The notes beneath the pieces were generated by a model. That model did no database searches. It was not told the DNA's origin and worked only from the letters and a program-made list of their open reading frames with translations. A stretch of DNA of 64,000 nt. Origin: Eledone cirrhosa (Eukaryota). The stretch covers positions 288,982,001-289,046,000 of the forward strand of contig OZ024741.1 in NCBI GenBank assembly GCA_964016885.1, in the 5' to 3' direction. Of this stretch, positions 31,231-43,960 are shown in pieces. The position numbers were made by a program, and so were the translations under genes. The stretch's first letter is position 1. The number at the start of each line of letters is the position of its first letter.

Positions 31231-31238
<8 letters not shown>
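30781..31238 (+). mobile_element. HHR-bearing mini-element: 317-bp tandem period with a short inverted 5' piece
   Basis: ctcctgtttgctgagatcgaagtgag... (~125 bp) at 30795 and 31112. tagaattgtagctc (30784-30797) is inverted versus gagctacaattcta (~30937). (TA)n on both sides. Confidence 0.72.
31062..31105 (+). ncRNA. Hammerhead ribozyme with U3:A8 core variant
   Basis: ggcc TTGATAA gctt-caacaa-aagc GAAA catgtcat GTC ggct. Stems I, II and III all pair at 4 bp. Confidence 0.65.
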
Positions 31239-31297
<59 letters not shown>

Positions 31298-31300
<3 letters not shown>

Positions 31301-31460
31301 GACTTATGAAATACTACAACCGTTTCATTCGCTTGAAATCATCCTGGTGATTTCAAACGAATGAAATAGGTCTTGTCAAGTAGAAGTCATTTCTATATGA
31401 TATAAATATGTACCTTCTTTACTACTGTATTGAGTACGTTATTTAACTGTGATTCCTTTC
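31298..31460 (+). repeat. Fold-back copy of a repeat related to 20-135 (minus), with a degenerate HHR core
   Basis: tttcattcgcttgaaatcatc-ct-ggtgatttcaaacgaatgaaa hairpin. gtagaagtcatttctat..tgtattgagt matches the reverse complement of 45-95. Confidence 0.6.
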
Positions 31461-31497
31461 AGTTCCTTTTCGGAAAACCATTCTTAATTACACACAT

Positions 31498-31568
<71 letters not shown>

Positions 31569-32143
31569 TATCATATGCTTAGATACTACGGGGTCAAGTG
31601 GGTGACCTCGGATTCGATCCCAATGTGTAGTAGTAGATGTTTCATTTTGGGCAATTAATCCTCTAAGATGTTGAGTCACATCTCCTACACTCACCTGACC
31701 GAAGGGTCAATTTCAGTAATTATACATTGACAGATAACATTGATTTTGCAAAAGTCAACCAACTGCCAGGTTTCAGTTAATCACACCTGCATGTATGGGT
31801 CTTAAGTAACATACGGTTTATTACACGTATGTGTTAAATAACATGTTGATGAATCGATTATTGCTTATCCTCCTTTGCTGGTGCCAAGCGATATATCGAC
31901 ACATTGATTATGGCATACTTGCATACACCTATTTATATATAAATATATATTGTTATACATGGGGAGGGTCATATTGTTATAATATTGCCAGAAATAATAA
32001 TAGAAGACACTCACTGTTTGGTTTGGGTTGGTTTTCGCTTCTGTATCTTTTATATCTCCATAGTTAATTTATCTGGCAATCAATGTTTATCATATATATA
32101 TATATATATAAAGAAGTGGTTACACAACAGTTAGTTCACCATA

Positions 32144-32183
32144 CCGAGAACAATTGTTTCACATTCGCGGATCCTCAGCTCGG
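32144..32183 (-). ncRNA. Minimal hammerhead motif with damaged stem II
   Basis: Minus strand: ccgag CTGAGGA tccgcgaatgt GAAAC aatt GTT ctcgg. Perfect 5-bp stem I and palindromic stem III ACAATTGT. Confidence 0.6.
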
Positions 32184-32185
32184 GA

Positions 32186-32249
<64 letters not shown>

Positions 32250-32943
32250 TATTTAGGTCGGTAAGATGTAGTTTGAGAAAAATTTGAATTTTAGCTTATA
32301 AAGCGCTCGCTGTATGTATTTATTACAGTATTTTAATTACTTTAACTTAAAATTTATGTAAGATTATTTATTACATCCATTTTATATTGAAAACAATATT
32401 GTAGTTCAGGAAATATATAGAGCCAGAAAATGTCATGAGTAACAGCTTAAAAATAATATCTAAATAAATTACCCCGAAATCAAGGTATTAAGTTTCTCTT
32501 TATAGCAAAAAGTTCATACAAATTTAAGGGGTGAAAATAATAGCAAAACGAGTCTTTCATACTTAATACTATACTTAAAATCGAACCCAGCATCCTAGTG
32601 TTTGACTTAAACAAATATATTCTAAAATGAAAAGCCCGTCAAATCCATTGTGAAATTCGGCATCGTTTTAAAAATATCGTTTAAAATTGAAATGTCCAGC
32701 CAGTTTAATCGGCACTAATGTCTTAGATACGCTCTAAGAAGAATTCTTTGTATTCCTCCTTTTGATAGCTAGAAGGAACAAGAAGCAATTTCAAGAATCA
32801 TGAGTGATTGACAGATCTTTAGCTCTCAGCTGCCTTCTGCTAAGCAATGCTTGCTTGAGTTGTCTTCGATCATTCGCTCTCTCAGTAGGTAGGGGTGGAA
32901 GATTTGAAAAAGCTTTTGATGCTCTATCAAACAGGTCAAGATT

Positions 32944-33085
32944 GCGAACTGACAGAATTTTTACAACGTTGGTTAAAATGCTTGGCCGTATTCGTTTCGG
33001 CTTTCTTAATTCAAATCCCGCCGAGGTCAACTTTTCTTTTCCTCTATTCGAGGTCGATAAAAAAAAGTACCGGCCATATATTGGG
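32944..33085 (+). mobile_element. tRNA-derived SINE copy
   Basis: ttcaaatcccgccgaggtcaacttttcttttcctctattcgaggtcgataa. Confidence 0.75.
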
Positions 33086-33315
33086 GTAGCTTCTTCCTCT
33101 ATATCACTTTCTCACTTCCTTTCTCTCACTCTCTAACCTCTCTAGAAGTAATATGCTGTGTTCAGACCTAGAGAGGAAATGGGCTCTGCCAAGTTTTAAA
33201 ATGTCCTAGAAAGGCCGTATGTCAATATGGCACCCCTACGACTCCCTCCGGAGTTACGAAACCATAAATCCATACATCTAGCACTTGGGCTGATACGAAG
33301 GCCTTTGATCTAGGA

Positions 33316-33657
33316 TAGGGGCGTGCAACAGGCGGCCCACGGGCGACAATCCGGCCCGCCCGACCAGTCAGAGTGGCCCACGATCACCGTTTTTTTTGTT
33401 TACCTTATAGGCTTATTTAGAATGTTTTTCGTAACCAGACATTGATAAATTGTGCAAAAACACCAAATACCAAGTCTCACATTAATAAAACGAAATTATA
33501 TTTTATTTGTCTTTATTGTTTAAAAATGTATTCACAATGTATTTATGACTCAATTCACTGGTTTTCATTAGATTACATATTTTTGACAGTGACTGGCCCT
33601 AATAGTTGTTCCAATGTTCAAAAGTGACTCGCCAATGGAATATATTGCACACCCCTG
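33316..33657. mobile_element. Non-autonomous hAT (Charlie-type) MITE, 342 bp
   Basis: TIRs taggggcgtgcaa / ttgcacacccctg. 8-bp TSD atctagga / gtctagga (7/8, TCTAG core). Subterminal cggccc/tggccc motifs. Confidence 0.85.
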
Positions 33658-35702
33658 GTCTAGGAGGTAAAGTGTTGGACTCAGGATCATAGAGGCGTAC
33701 ATTCGATTTCTTGAAAAAATTGCACCACGTTGCTTTTCATGATAGGACTGGACTGAGACCTCTATAATTAAATTGCTCGAATAACCTCGAATATATTCGG
33801 AAACCACTGTTAGAGAACACCTGCCCAAATGTGCCGTAAACTGGAACCAATATGATTGTTATTGTATATATTATTGTTCCCCGTGCAATAATTGTCAGGA
33901 ATCGAACTCGGAAAATAAGTTAGATTATATTACATATTAACTTAGATCAACGTTCGGCTGCTTCTCTTAATTAATTGCGTTCCTAGAAAATGCAATTATC
34001 GACTTAATTGTATAATGTGGTCATCGTTATGTCTGTTGTTGATGCTATTTCATAACTTTCCTTATTATTTATTGTACTTGTTGTTATTGTAGATGCTATT
34101 GATGTGTTATAATGGTCGTTGTTGCAGTTGTATTTGATGTTCCTGTCATCGTTATTGTTGGTTCAGATGTCTTCTTCTTATTGTAGTTTTGCTGTTTATT
34201 GTTATAAATGTTGATGCTGTTTTTTGCACTTCTTGCTATTAAGACATTGTTGTTATTCTTATAGTTGTTGTAGTTTTCTCTTTGTTTGTTTTTTATTGAT
34301 GTTTATATTATCATGGTCGTAGCTACCACTGCTGCTGTTGTTTTTGATGATGCGGTTGTTGTTGCTGTTGTTTTTGATGATGCGGTTGTTGTTGCTGTTG
34401 TTTTTGATGGTGTGGTTGTTGCTGTAGGGTTTGATGGTCTGGTTGTTGTTGTTATTGCTGCAGGGTTTGATGGTGTTGTTGTTGTTGTGATTGTTACTGC
34501 TTTAGTTTTTGATGACGTTGCTGTGGTTGTTTTTGATGATGTACTTGGTGTTGATGCTATTGTTTTTGATGTGGTTGTGATTGTTGTTGCTGCTGTTGTT
34601 TTGATGATATAGATGTGGTTGTTGTTACTGCTGTGGCTTTTGATGGTATGGTTCTGTTGCTTTTTATGTTATGTTACAGTTGCAGCAGCAGCAGAGCGAT
34701 AATGCTGTTGCCATATGTAGCTTCCTATTGATGTCGGTGTAGATGCTGCTGTTGTTGGTTGTGGTGGTGGGGTGGTGGTGAAGGTCGTAGGGGTGTTGGT
34801 GGTGATCATCTGCTGATTTCCTGATTAATTGCTGTCTATTGACCAATTAATGACCGCAGTCTTTATTCAAAGACTTGATTAGAAAGACCGTCAGTAAATT
34901 GTGCAGCTAATATTGACCAGTACAGTTTAACACTGACACACTGCTGTTGTTGAAATGTTGATAATGATGATGATGTTGCTGGTGATGGTGGTGTTTATGG
35001 TTATGATGTTGGTGGACAACTACGACGATCTAGCAATTGCTATTATGGATTATTGTGGTAATGCTAATGATGATGATGTTAATGTTGGCGCTGGTGGTGG
35101 GGATATAGCTGCTAATAATTTGCAGCTGCGTATTGTGTTGATGTTAGTGATGACCATGACGATGGTAATGGTGCAGGTGGTGGTACTGGTGGTGGGGATA
35201 GTATTTGGTGGAGTGGTGGTAGGGTTGCCTGTGATAATGGTACTGATGATGGTTGTAGTGTTTCTGGTGGTGATATTAGCAAGGCGTTATAGCTTTATCA
35301 CTCTTGTTGGTGATATAGTTCATTTTTAACCGCTGTTTCTCGTTTATAATAATTTTCTGCTGTGCTGCTGCTAGTGATGACAGTAAAGAAGATGATGGTG
35401 GTGATGGTGATGGTGATGACGATTGGTGTGGAGATAGTTGTGGCAGTAGAAGTACAGTTGATATAAATAAATTACTGTATTTACTTGATTTGAAGAATAT
35501 TTATCTGCTATATCCAGAGTCATACTCGTCGCATCCATCCAGTACCAGTAATATATGGAGTCACTTCAATCATATATATATCCGACCCTCACCTTCATCC
35601 GTTTTCCTGTCTAATGGTGGTTCATTTCTATTGAAACTGGAACGTTGGGCTCTTTTTAGATTTGGAACATCAATGGGACTAACTTCATTTTTTTATCATT
35701 CA

Positions 35703-35855
35703 GGAGGAGGAATAGCTGCAGGGTTAAGAAGTTTACTTCATAACCAGAGGTCTCTGGGTTCGATTTCGCTGCACGGCCACCAGTATGTTGTCTTCTATCA
35801 AGGCCTTATGTTGACTGATCCCTCTTGAACGCAATTTGGTAGCCGGAAAGTGTGT
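35703..35855 (+). mobile_element. Degenerate copy of a second tRNA-derived SINE family
   Basis: A-box-like tagctgcagggttaag, B-box ggttcgattt, then gtcttcta...atttggtagccggaaa. Confidence 0.55.
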
Positions 35856-36032
35856 CGTGGATATTCTTGTTCTTTAATTTGCAACTGTTATTGGTATTGT
35901 TTTGTCTTTTTTATGCTGTTGGGTTATTGTTGATATTACTGCTGTTGGTGTTATGTTGATATTGTTGCTGCTTTTGGTGTTATTGCTGGTGTTGAAGTTA
36001 TTGTATATTGCAACTGTTGAAGTTGTTGTATA

Positions 36033-36337
36033 CTAGACCACCCGTGACCCGTTGGGTCACGTTCACTTTTCACGTTTTCAAAATCATGTTCACTTAAAAA
36101 TAGTCTCTCTCTCTCTCTCTCTCTCTCTGTCTTCTCTCTCACAACAACTATCTCTTTCTCTTGCTCTCTATGGAAAAACCCCGTATCTCGGGATCCCGTG
36201 TTCCGATTTACGCGAAACTTGTTTTATTCCATTTGTATTCCCATTTCAGGGGCAACTTCTTTCAAAGTATTTTCGTCGTTTTGGCTGTATTAAATTGCAG
36301 ACAAGTACACAAACACAGAGTTTTAATAGTATATAGA
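36033..36337 (-). mobile_element. Non-autonomous Helitron (~305 bp)
   Basis: Minus strand starts TCTATATACTATTAAAA and ends with hairpin cgtgaccc-aac-gggtcacg followed by ggtggtCTAG. Sits between A and T with no TSD. Confidence 0.85.
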
Positions 36338-39219
36338 TTGATGCTGTTGATGTTATTGTTGATATTGCAGTTATTGTTGCAAATAAAAGCTATTATTTTT
36401 ACTGCTATTATTGCTGTTGTTGAGTTGATGTTATTAATGTTATTATCACCAGTTACAATCCTGGTATACTTATTGGAATTGTTGCTGCTGGTATCGATGC
36501 CAAAGACTAGGCCTGAATGATTACACACTTGATCAAATATCTCCCTGTCGTGAACCATCTCATCTTTTATGGAAGTATCGATGACTTTATTATATCCAAT
36601 GTGTTCTTTATTTAAAACACTAGTTTTATACATAATTCCACACATAAGACTTGGGCGACTGCTCAAGATGCCAAGTTGTGAGATCGACCATTGCTTATAT
36701 GTGATTAGGAAGTGATCTTGTTATCCATTCGGTTATGGTACGACCGATATATATATATGTATGCCTGTATGGTCCCATAACTCCTTGTGAAGTCATAATG
36801 ACATACGGTGTTTCTTGGACACTTTATAGCCTTGTGGAGCCCAATCCCTCTCCAGGTCTGAATACAGTAGGTCTCTTCAAGAGAATGATAGAATGTGGGA
36901 GAGATGAAGTGAGAAAGAGATTTAGAAGAAGAATCAACCCCAGTACTAGACTGGGGCATTTTTATTTACTTTAAATAGATGACAGGTAAAAGTTGACCTC
37001 GGTGGGATTTGAACTCCGACGTTCTGCCAATTCTGCTGGTATGCTATTTCTAAATACAAATGTTGTGACATTCATATTATCGGATCCACAATGAAATATG
37101 TTATAAAAAGAAATAACAATCAAATTCTATTAGGTTATATATATATTTATTAACAGCCAAATGATATAAGTTATATATATATAAATGTAATAACACAGTC
37201 AGAAAACAAAGAAAGTAATTAATTAAAAAAAAATATTTTTTGCAGATATTCAATATCAACATTTTTGTAAGAACACATGACTATCGTGTCCCTCTCACAG
37301 CCTGTAGCAAGATTTTAAGATAAAAAAAAATACAAATATAATCAGCAATGTCTTCAATATACAGAATGTTTAAAAAAAAAGAAAAAAATTAAAGCGCATT
37401 TTACATATAAAATTATAAGTATGTATGAGGAGTCATGGGTGTATTGCCATACTGCGTACTAGACTGGTACGTTTTTTATCGACCTCGAAATGATAAAAGG
37501 CAAAATTGACTTTGACGAGATTTGAATTCAGAGAGCAAGAGAGCCGGAACAACTGCCATAAAGCATTCCTTTCGACGGTCTAACGACTCTGCCAATTCGC
37601 CGCCTATAGATAACTGCTTTTATATTTTTTAACACAGTCACACTTATAGGATTTTGATGGAACATGTAGCCAATAAGAAGAAGGAAGTCATTATTTTACC
37701 GCAACACATATCATTCGTCGCATTATCATCAACCACGTTTTAAAATATTTATGGACTACTGTGGACATGGCACCTATTTTGACAGCGGAAGAATGAAAAG
37801 GAAAATTGACATCAAATAAATAGAGTCGATCTCCGATTGTAAAGTGATGAAATTAGATGTACCGAATCGTAACTTATGGGCATATTAAATTTCAAACCTG
37901 GCGAAGCCCATACTCTTTCTAAGTATCGACCTCGGTGGGATTTGAACTCAAAGCGTAGAAAGCCGGAACGAATACTGTAAAGCATTCTATCCGACGTTCT
38001 AACGGGGATCAGCCGCCTATATGGAATTAAATAACACATGGTATATGATCCATCGTTCTATCACTTCAGCCACTTCAAAGCTCTACAATAATTCTTTCTT
38101 CCGTTCCATGCTGTACTGTCCATTTGTCCGTCCTTAGGTGTTTCCATTTTTTTTTAAAGCGGTTGTTTATTTGTTTACTCAACCTTTCTCCGTTACGCAA
38201 GATAGAGACTGTGTGAAATTATGAAGTATCTCTTGCGACACTTCTCGCGGCAAAATATTGACGATTGCAAAAAGGGAAAAAAAAAAGGGGGGGGGGGGGG
38301 GTTGACTCCCCAAATTTAACTGCTGGTCCTTTCTTTATCGACCTTGGAAAGGATGCTAATCATAGCTGATCTCAGTGGGATTTGAAACCAGAGTGCAGAG
38401 AAATGAAAAGGAAACCGCAAGGCATTCTTTTCGACGCTCTACAAATGCATTTTTTTTTTTGTAATAACAATTATAATTTCCAATATAGGCAGAAGGACAC
38501 ACATTTCAGGTGGGGGAATTCTAGTCTATTGAGCATACTACTCGAATGCTACTTTATTACTACTGTTTCGATTTCTGGAAGGATGAAAGCACGGTTTATC
38601 TCGACAGCATTTGAACCCAGAACACAAAGGACTGTAAAATAAATACCGCGAGGTGTTTAATCCGTTGCTCAATCAATTCCGTTAATCCACCGAACGATAC
38701 AAACAATAATAATTATTTCTACGTCTGGCACACAGGGCCAACGATTTTGGGGGAGGGGAAGTCGATTAAATCGGTACTTTATTTTATCGACCCCGTAAAG
38801 ATGAAAGGCAAAGTTAACCTCGGTGGGATTTGAACTCAGATCATAAAGGGCCATAACTCTATGCTGCTAGACATGGCGTCCGACCCTCTACCAATACTGC
38901 CAATCCACCGCCCAATCCATCAATAATAATAAAAAAAAAAAATAACCATGGACAAAATGATCGTGTGAATAGATTGTCTTGCCAGAAGGTAACGTTGTTC
39001 ATTGGAAACAGTGAACATTGGAAAGGCTTAATCCTGGAATCCGGAGATGTACGCTGAAATTGGTGAACATTGGAAAACCGGTTACTGGAAGCAGTGAATA
39101 ATGAGACATTGGTCATTTTTTAAGAATTCAACTCATGAAACAATGAAAGTTGGAAACATTGAATACTGGAACACCACCTTTTTTTGGCTGGAAACAATGT
39201 GGTTACTGGAGTCAGCGAC

Positions 39220-39311
39220 CCTTGGAAAACAGCGGACAGTGAATATAATAATCCTTGGAAAACAGCGGACAGTGAATATAATAATCCTTGGAAAACAGCG
39301 GACAGTGAATA
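39220..39311. repeat. 33-bp tandem repeat, ~2.8 copies
   Basis: ccttggaaaacagcggacagtgaatataataat. Confidence 0.9.
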
Positions 39312-39401
39312 AAGTTTGTAGAATGTTGATGTCACAAAGAAAAATATATATAAAGAAAAGAAAATACAGTAACAAAATTATAAAACAAAGTAAAAATGAA
39401 A

Positions 39402-39620
39402 AAAAAATATAAATTATAAAAGAATGGATAATTGATATAAAACAAAATAAAAAATATAAATTGTAAAAGAATGGATAATTGATATAAAACAAAATAAAAA
39501 ATATAAATTGTAAAAGAATGGATAATTGATATAAAACAAAATAAAAAATATAAATTGTAAAAGAATGGATAATTGATATAAAACAAAATAAAAAATATAA
39601 ATTGTAAAAGAATGAATAAC
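39402..39620. repeat. 47-bp AT-rich tandem repeat, ~4.6 copies
   Basis: aaaaaatataaattgtaaaagaatggataattgatataaaacaaaat. Confidence 0.92.
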
Positions 39621-39854
39621 TGTATCTAACTGACACACAAGGTCGGTAATTTATATCGACCCAGTACACAACTGGTATATATATATATATATATATATAT
39701 AGGAATATAAAAACAACAACGCCGGAGTACAAGTTGCAAATGGTATTAGGTTTACGCTTTAGTGAGAGGTATTGTGGATCTGGGAAGGACGAAAGGAAAA
39801 GTTGACTCCAGCGAGATTTGAACTCAGAATGTAAAGGGAGGGAACAAACCTCGC

Positions 39855-40394
39855 AAAGCGTTTTGTCAGACGCTGAAGCGACACTGCCCTGATACAACAA
39901 TAGATAAAATAATAAAAATAAAAATGGTCACTGTAAAGATCAGTGTAACATTATTTTCAGAGTCAATAATTTTAGTTTCAATGTAGTGATGAAATAAAGA
40001 TAGAATTGGAAACAGTGGGGGTGGGGGTGTACATAATTGTTGCAACTTGATTTGGACGTTGTTTTTTTATTTATTTTTATTTCTAAAATACTTAGTAGAC
40101 CTGCAACCAAAAGTGTTCTGGTCGAGATCATATTGTTATTACTATTATTTATTATTATTTTTTTTCGTGCATCAAGGGTTGCCCATTGAGATTTTCTTCT
40201 GTTTTCTTTTTGAAGACGTTTGTATTTCTAGCAGGTCAAAATAACGTCATTTGCTCATTAGTACGTTAGTGTTGTTTTGGGAGGGGTACTTCAGTCAACA
40301 TTTGTTGTTTCAACATAGAATTCTTCGCTGGGGAGTTTATAATGAATTCTAGAAACACAGGTTTCGCTCTGTTGGTGAAGACTTCTGTGACTAG

Positions 40395-40432
<38 letters not shown>

Positions 40433-41845
40433 CACTTTTTTTTTTAGTATCAGCAGCCGAGGCTGGAAATATTCCCGCTTGCATGGTCACAACAGACAAA
40501 ATATGAGATGAAGAAGAAACAATGCTGATGAGTGAATGGTTAATCCAGTTTATAAAGTTTTGGTGGTGGCCGTGAAGGTGCTACCACTAAATAAAACAGA
40601 AATCTCTTTTGGTAGGCGTGATACGGAGTTAGAGCTTATTCATCAAACAGTAGAGAAATATTCTGTAGCAGCAGAAGATCAACAGGAAGAGAAAAACAGT
40701 TTTGACTGTGTAAAAAAAAAAAAAAAAATGATGTTCATGCCAGTTCGATATTTTATGATAGCACATACATCTTTGAATTCTCACAGGTGAAATGTTTATG
40801 GGTGGTAAACAAGTATATAATAGAGATTCATAGTACAGACCTCTACTGTTGGTAATAGCTGACGATGTAGAAAATCGGTAACAAAATCTCTTCAGATGTC
40901 AATCAGGACTCGATTCTCGACTTCCTCCTTGTTTACCATAATTCTTGGTTGTACTAGTCCATAAGATAGCTGCACATTGGGTGGACCAATTGAATTTGTA
41001 TGACTGTCATTAAAAATTAGCAACAGAGTTCTTGAATGCATATTTGTAAGATGCTTGGATTGGCTTATCTTTTGAATGTGGGCTATGGGGCTTTGTGAAG
41101 ATTATGGGCTTTGGGTTTGGTTAAAAGGTTCTGGACATTGATTGTAGAGTTATGAGTTTTTTTTTGGGGGGGGGGGGGTTACGGAATGGCGTAAAGCATT
41201 TTGTCAGTCAGACTTAAACGACTCTGTCAATTCACTGTCCAGGTAAAACAATAAAAGAAATAATAAAATAACGATGGTCACTGTTATGGTAACAATGGTC
41301 GCAAGATTATGATAAAATTATTTGAAGAGTCAATGTTTTTAGTTTGAATGCAATGATAAAATATAGAATTGGAAACAGTGTGGAGGGAAAATGTACTTGC
41401 TGGTTATAACTTGATTTGCTGTTTTTATTTCTTTATTTAGTAGACTTGCAACTAAAAGTGTTCTGGTTGTGATCATAATGTTTTCTGTGTATCAAGGTTT
41501 GTCCATTGTGTCTGTCTTCTTTTGTTTTTTCTTAAAGTCGTTTGTATTTCTAGTTGGTCAATATAACCCCATGGTTATTGTTTTTGTGGGGGTTGCTCCA
41601 GTCAACATTTTTGTTTTTCTTTCTTGGTAAGTTTATAATGAATTCTAGTAATAAAGGTTTCGCTCTGTTGGTGGAGACTTTCTGAGATCAATATTTAAAA
41701 GAAAAAAAAACCCACTTTTCTTTTATATCACCAGTCATGACTGGAAATAGTCCAGGCTGCTCCTCTGTAGATGGAAACTCACACAAAGCTGGTCACAGCA
41801 GATGAAATATGAGATGAAGAGTTTAAAACGCTGATGCGTGAATGG
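39855..41845. repeat. Diverged direct duplication of ~650 bp (~39855-40535 vs ~41195-41845)
   Basis: Shared anchors atggtcactg, atagaattggaaacagtg, agtagac(c/t)tgcaac, aggtttcgctctgttggtg, aaatatgagatgaaga, in the same order. Confidence 0.8.
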
Positions 41846-42283
41846 TTGGGGCTTCCGATCTTGGTGGTGCCCCCTTCGTCTTGAAAAAAAAAATGTCTTT
41901 TTTGGTATACATGATAAGGAATTAGGGGGTATCCAGCAAACAGCTTTGGTTGAGGATAGAAGCTTTGGTTGTGTGGTTATGGTTTTTTGCTTGGGTTGGG
42001 GCTTCCGATCTTGGTGGTGCCCCCTTCGTCTTGAAAAAAAAAATGTCTTTTTTGGTATACATGATAAGGAATTAGGGGGTATCCAGCAAACAGCTTTGGT
42101 TGAGGATAGAAGCTTTGGTTGTGTGGTTATGGGTTTTTGCTTGGGTTGGGGCTTCCGATCTTGGTGGTGCCCCCTTCGTCTTGAAAAAAAAAATGTCTTT
42201 TTTGGTATACATGATAAGGAATTAGGGGGTATCCAGCAAACAGCTTTGGTTGTGTGGTTATGGGTTTTTGCTTGGGTTGGGGC
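41844..42283. repeat. 150-bp tandem repeat, ~3 near-identical copies
   Basis: ggttggggcttccgatcttggtggtgcccc at 41844, 41994 and 42144. Confidence 0.95.
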
Positions 42284-42329
42284 TATGTGATTTGATTAAA
42301 AAATTATAGGGTTTGGTCTTATATTTTGC

Positions 42330-42872
42330 TCGTGAGGTTAAGGGCTTTGATTCTGAGGTTATGGGTTTTAAGTAGGGTTTTAGGCTTTGGTTGTGGGTTT
42401 TATTTGGGGTTATGGGCATTGGTTGGGATTATAGACATTGGTTGTGTGGTTATGGGCTTTGGAGGGACATTGGTTGTGGGGTTATGGGCATTGGTTGGGA
42501 TTATAGACATTGGTTGTGTGGTTATGGGCTTTGGAGGGACATTGGTTGTGGGGTTATGCGCATTGGTTATGGGGTTATAGGCTTTGGATGTGGGGTCTTG
42601 TACATTGGTTGTGGGCTTATGGGGTTTGGATGTGGGGTTTTGTACATTGGCTTTGGAGTTATGGGCTTTGAATGTGGGGTTATAGGCTTTGGATGTGGGG
42701 TTATGGGGTTTGGATGTGGGGTTATGGAGTTTGGATGTGGGGTTTTGTACATTGGTTGTGGGGTTTTGTACATTGGTTGTGGGGTTATGGGCTTTTGTAC
42801 ATTGGTTATGGGGTTATGGGGTTTGGATGTGGGGTTGTGAAGTTTGGTTAGGTTTATGGGCTTGGTTGGGGC
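42330..42872 (-). repeat. Degenerate 21-bp minisatellite (minus strand reads KPITPHP-like heptads)
   Basis: ggatgtggggttatggg(g/c)ttt and ggttgtgggggttttgtacatt variants. Confidence 0.85.
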
Positions 42873-42957
42873 TAAACATCCACTACCAATCTACCTATAT
42901 CTAGGCTACGTGCCAGATATTGTGGGCTGATAATAGCTGTTTAGCCCAGGATCAGCC

Positions 42958-43097
42958 TTGAGTATTATTATTACCAACACTGCTACTGCTACTACTACCA
43001 TCACAACAACAACAATAACAACCAAGAAAAACAACGACAACATCAACAGCCTCAATATAAACACTAATAACGGTAGCAGCAGCAGCAACAACAAACA

Positions 43098-43156
<59 letters not shown>

Positions 43157-43960
43157 CCACCACCACCACCACCACCACCACCAAGAGCAACAAGCTGAAC
43201 GGCAACGCCACATTCGCGGTGGCGGCGGCGAAAACAAAGCGTTTTTTTAACGTTGACATAAGAGACAAGGAGCGACAGTTGGCTTAGGCGTAGAATCTAA
43301 TTAACCGCGTGAAGTCCTGGGCCAAAACCTAACCATCCCAGACGAGGCAATAGCAGCCATGCAAGGGAGGACGGTGTACTTTCGATGCATTTCAGTGCAG
43401 ACGTGCAAAGTGGAACTCGCCAGCCAAGCAGAAGTCGAGGCTGCTTTAAAGTGCATCGGAAGTGACATCGAGTACAAAGCAAGGACCAAGCAGTTCGGGT
43501 ACCACCTCGGTACTGTTCGAAACCGAAACCCTTGTTATTAAGCACCCCTACAGAACAGAACGCATCATTATGCACTCGTCCTACACGGACAAAAGAACAG
43601 CAAAGGTCCGCATTCCTAGGATCCCACCAGGAATGAACATATGGTGACTCCTGGTATGCGTAATTGAGGAGGGCACAGACACTACCTTCGTAGATATTAA
43701 AAAAGACTGACAGAGAGGACTGGTCCGGGATGGGTTTGGAGATTCTTCTCCAAACAAAACCAGAAGACCTCAACAACATCCCGCATTTTGCCAGCCTGCA
43801 TGACGGACAACGATTCAATTAATCACTGAGGGGGAATAAAGCCGCACTGCTTCGTCTGCGGAGGAAGCAGCGAATCTGCAAACGGTAAACAACGTACAGG
43901 TCAAAAGTTCAAAAATAGCCACTGCATCTCCCACCACGACGACTACTACTACTACCACCA
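42958..43960 (+). mobile_element. Degenerate ORF1 of a Tx1/L1-related element (N/T-rich head, RRM-like region, CxxC)
   Basis: RTVYFRCI..SQAEVEAAL..DIEY, YTDKRTAKVRI, DWSGMGLE..IP..IQLITEG..HCFVCG align by eye to ORF1 at 51455 and 56767. Confidence 0.7.

Larger units (their letters stand above)
36930..39890 (-). mobile_element. Cluster of about 7 co-oriented SINE copies or fragments
   Basis: g(g/a)gatttgaa(c)tc and ttttatcgacc..gatgaaaggcaaag motifs at ~37000, 37520, 37940, 38380, 38610, 38830, 39815. Confidence 0.8.

Noticed and set aside
32770-32950. Protein-looking stretch (QLPSAKQCLLELSSIIRSLS on +, TERANDRRQLKQALL on -), possible small exon
   Set aside because: No recognisable domain, in-frame stops nearby, the long ORFs run into a SINE, and the strand cannot be decided.
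34030-36480. Hydrophobic V/L/M-rich ORFs resembling membrane proteins (also 49800-50830)
   Set aside because: Degenerate (GTT/GAT/GGT/TAG)n trinucleotide DNA.
39220-39620. 33-bp and 47-bp repeats as a CRISPR-like array
   Set aside because: Head-to-tail units with no unique spacers, eukaryotic context and no cas genes.
41838-42904. Gly/Cys/Val-rich repeat ORFs (GCGVMGF) resembling keratin-associated or structural proteins
   Set aside because: Derived from a 21-bp minisatellite and a 150-bp tandem, open in several frames, and better explained as the antisense of a TE Pro-rich region.
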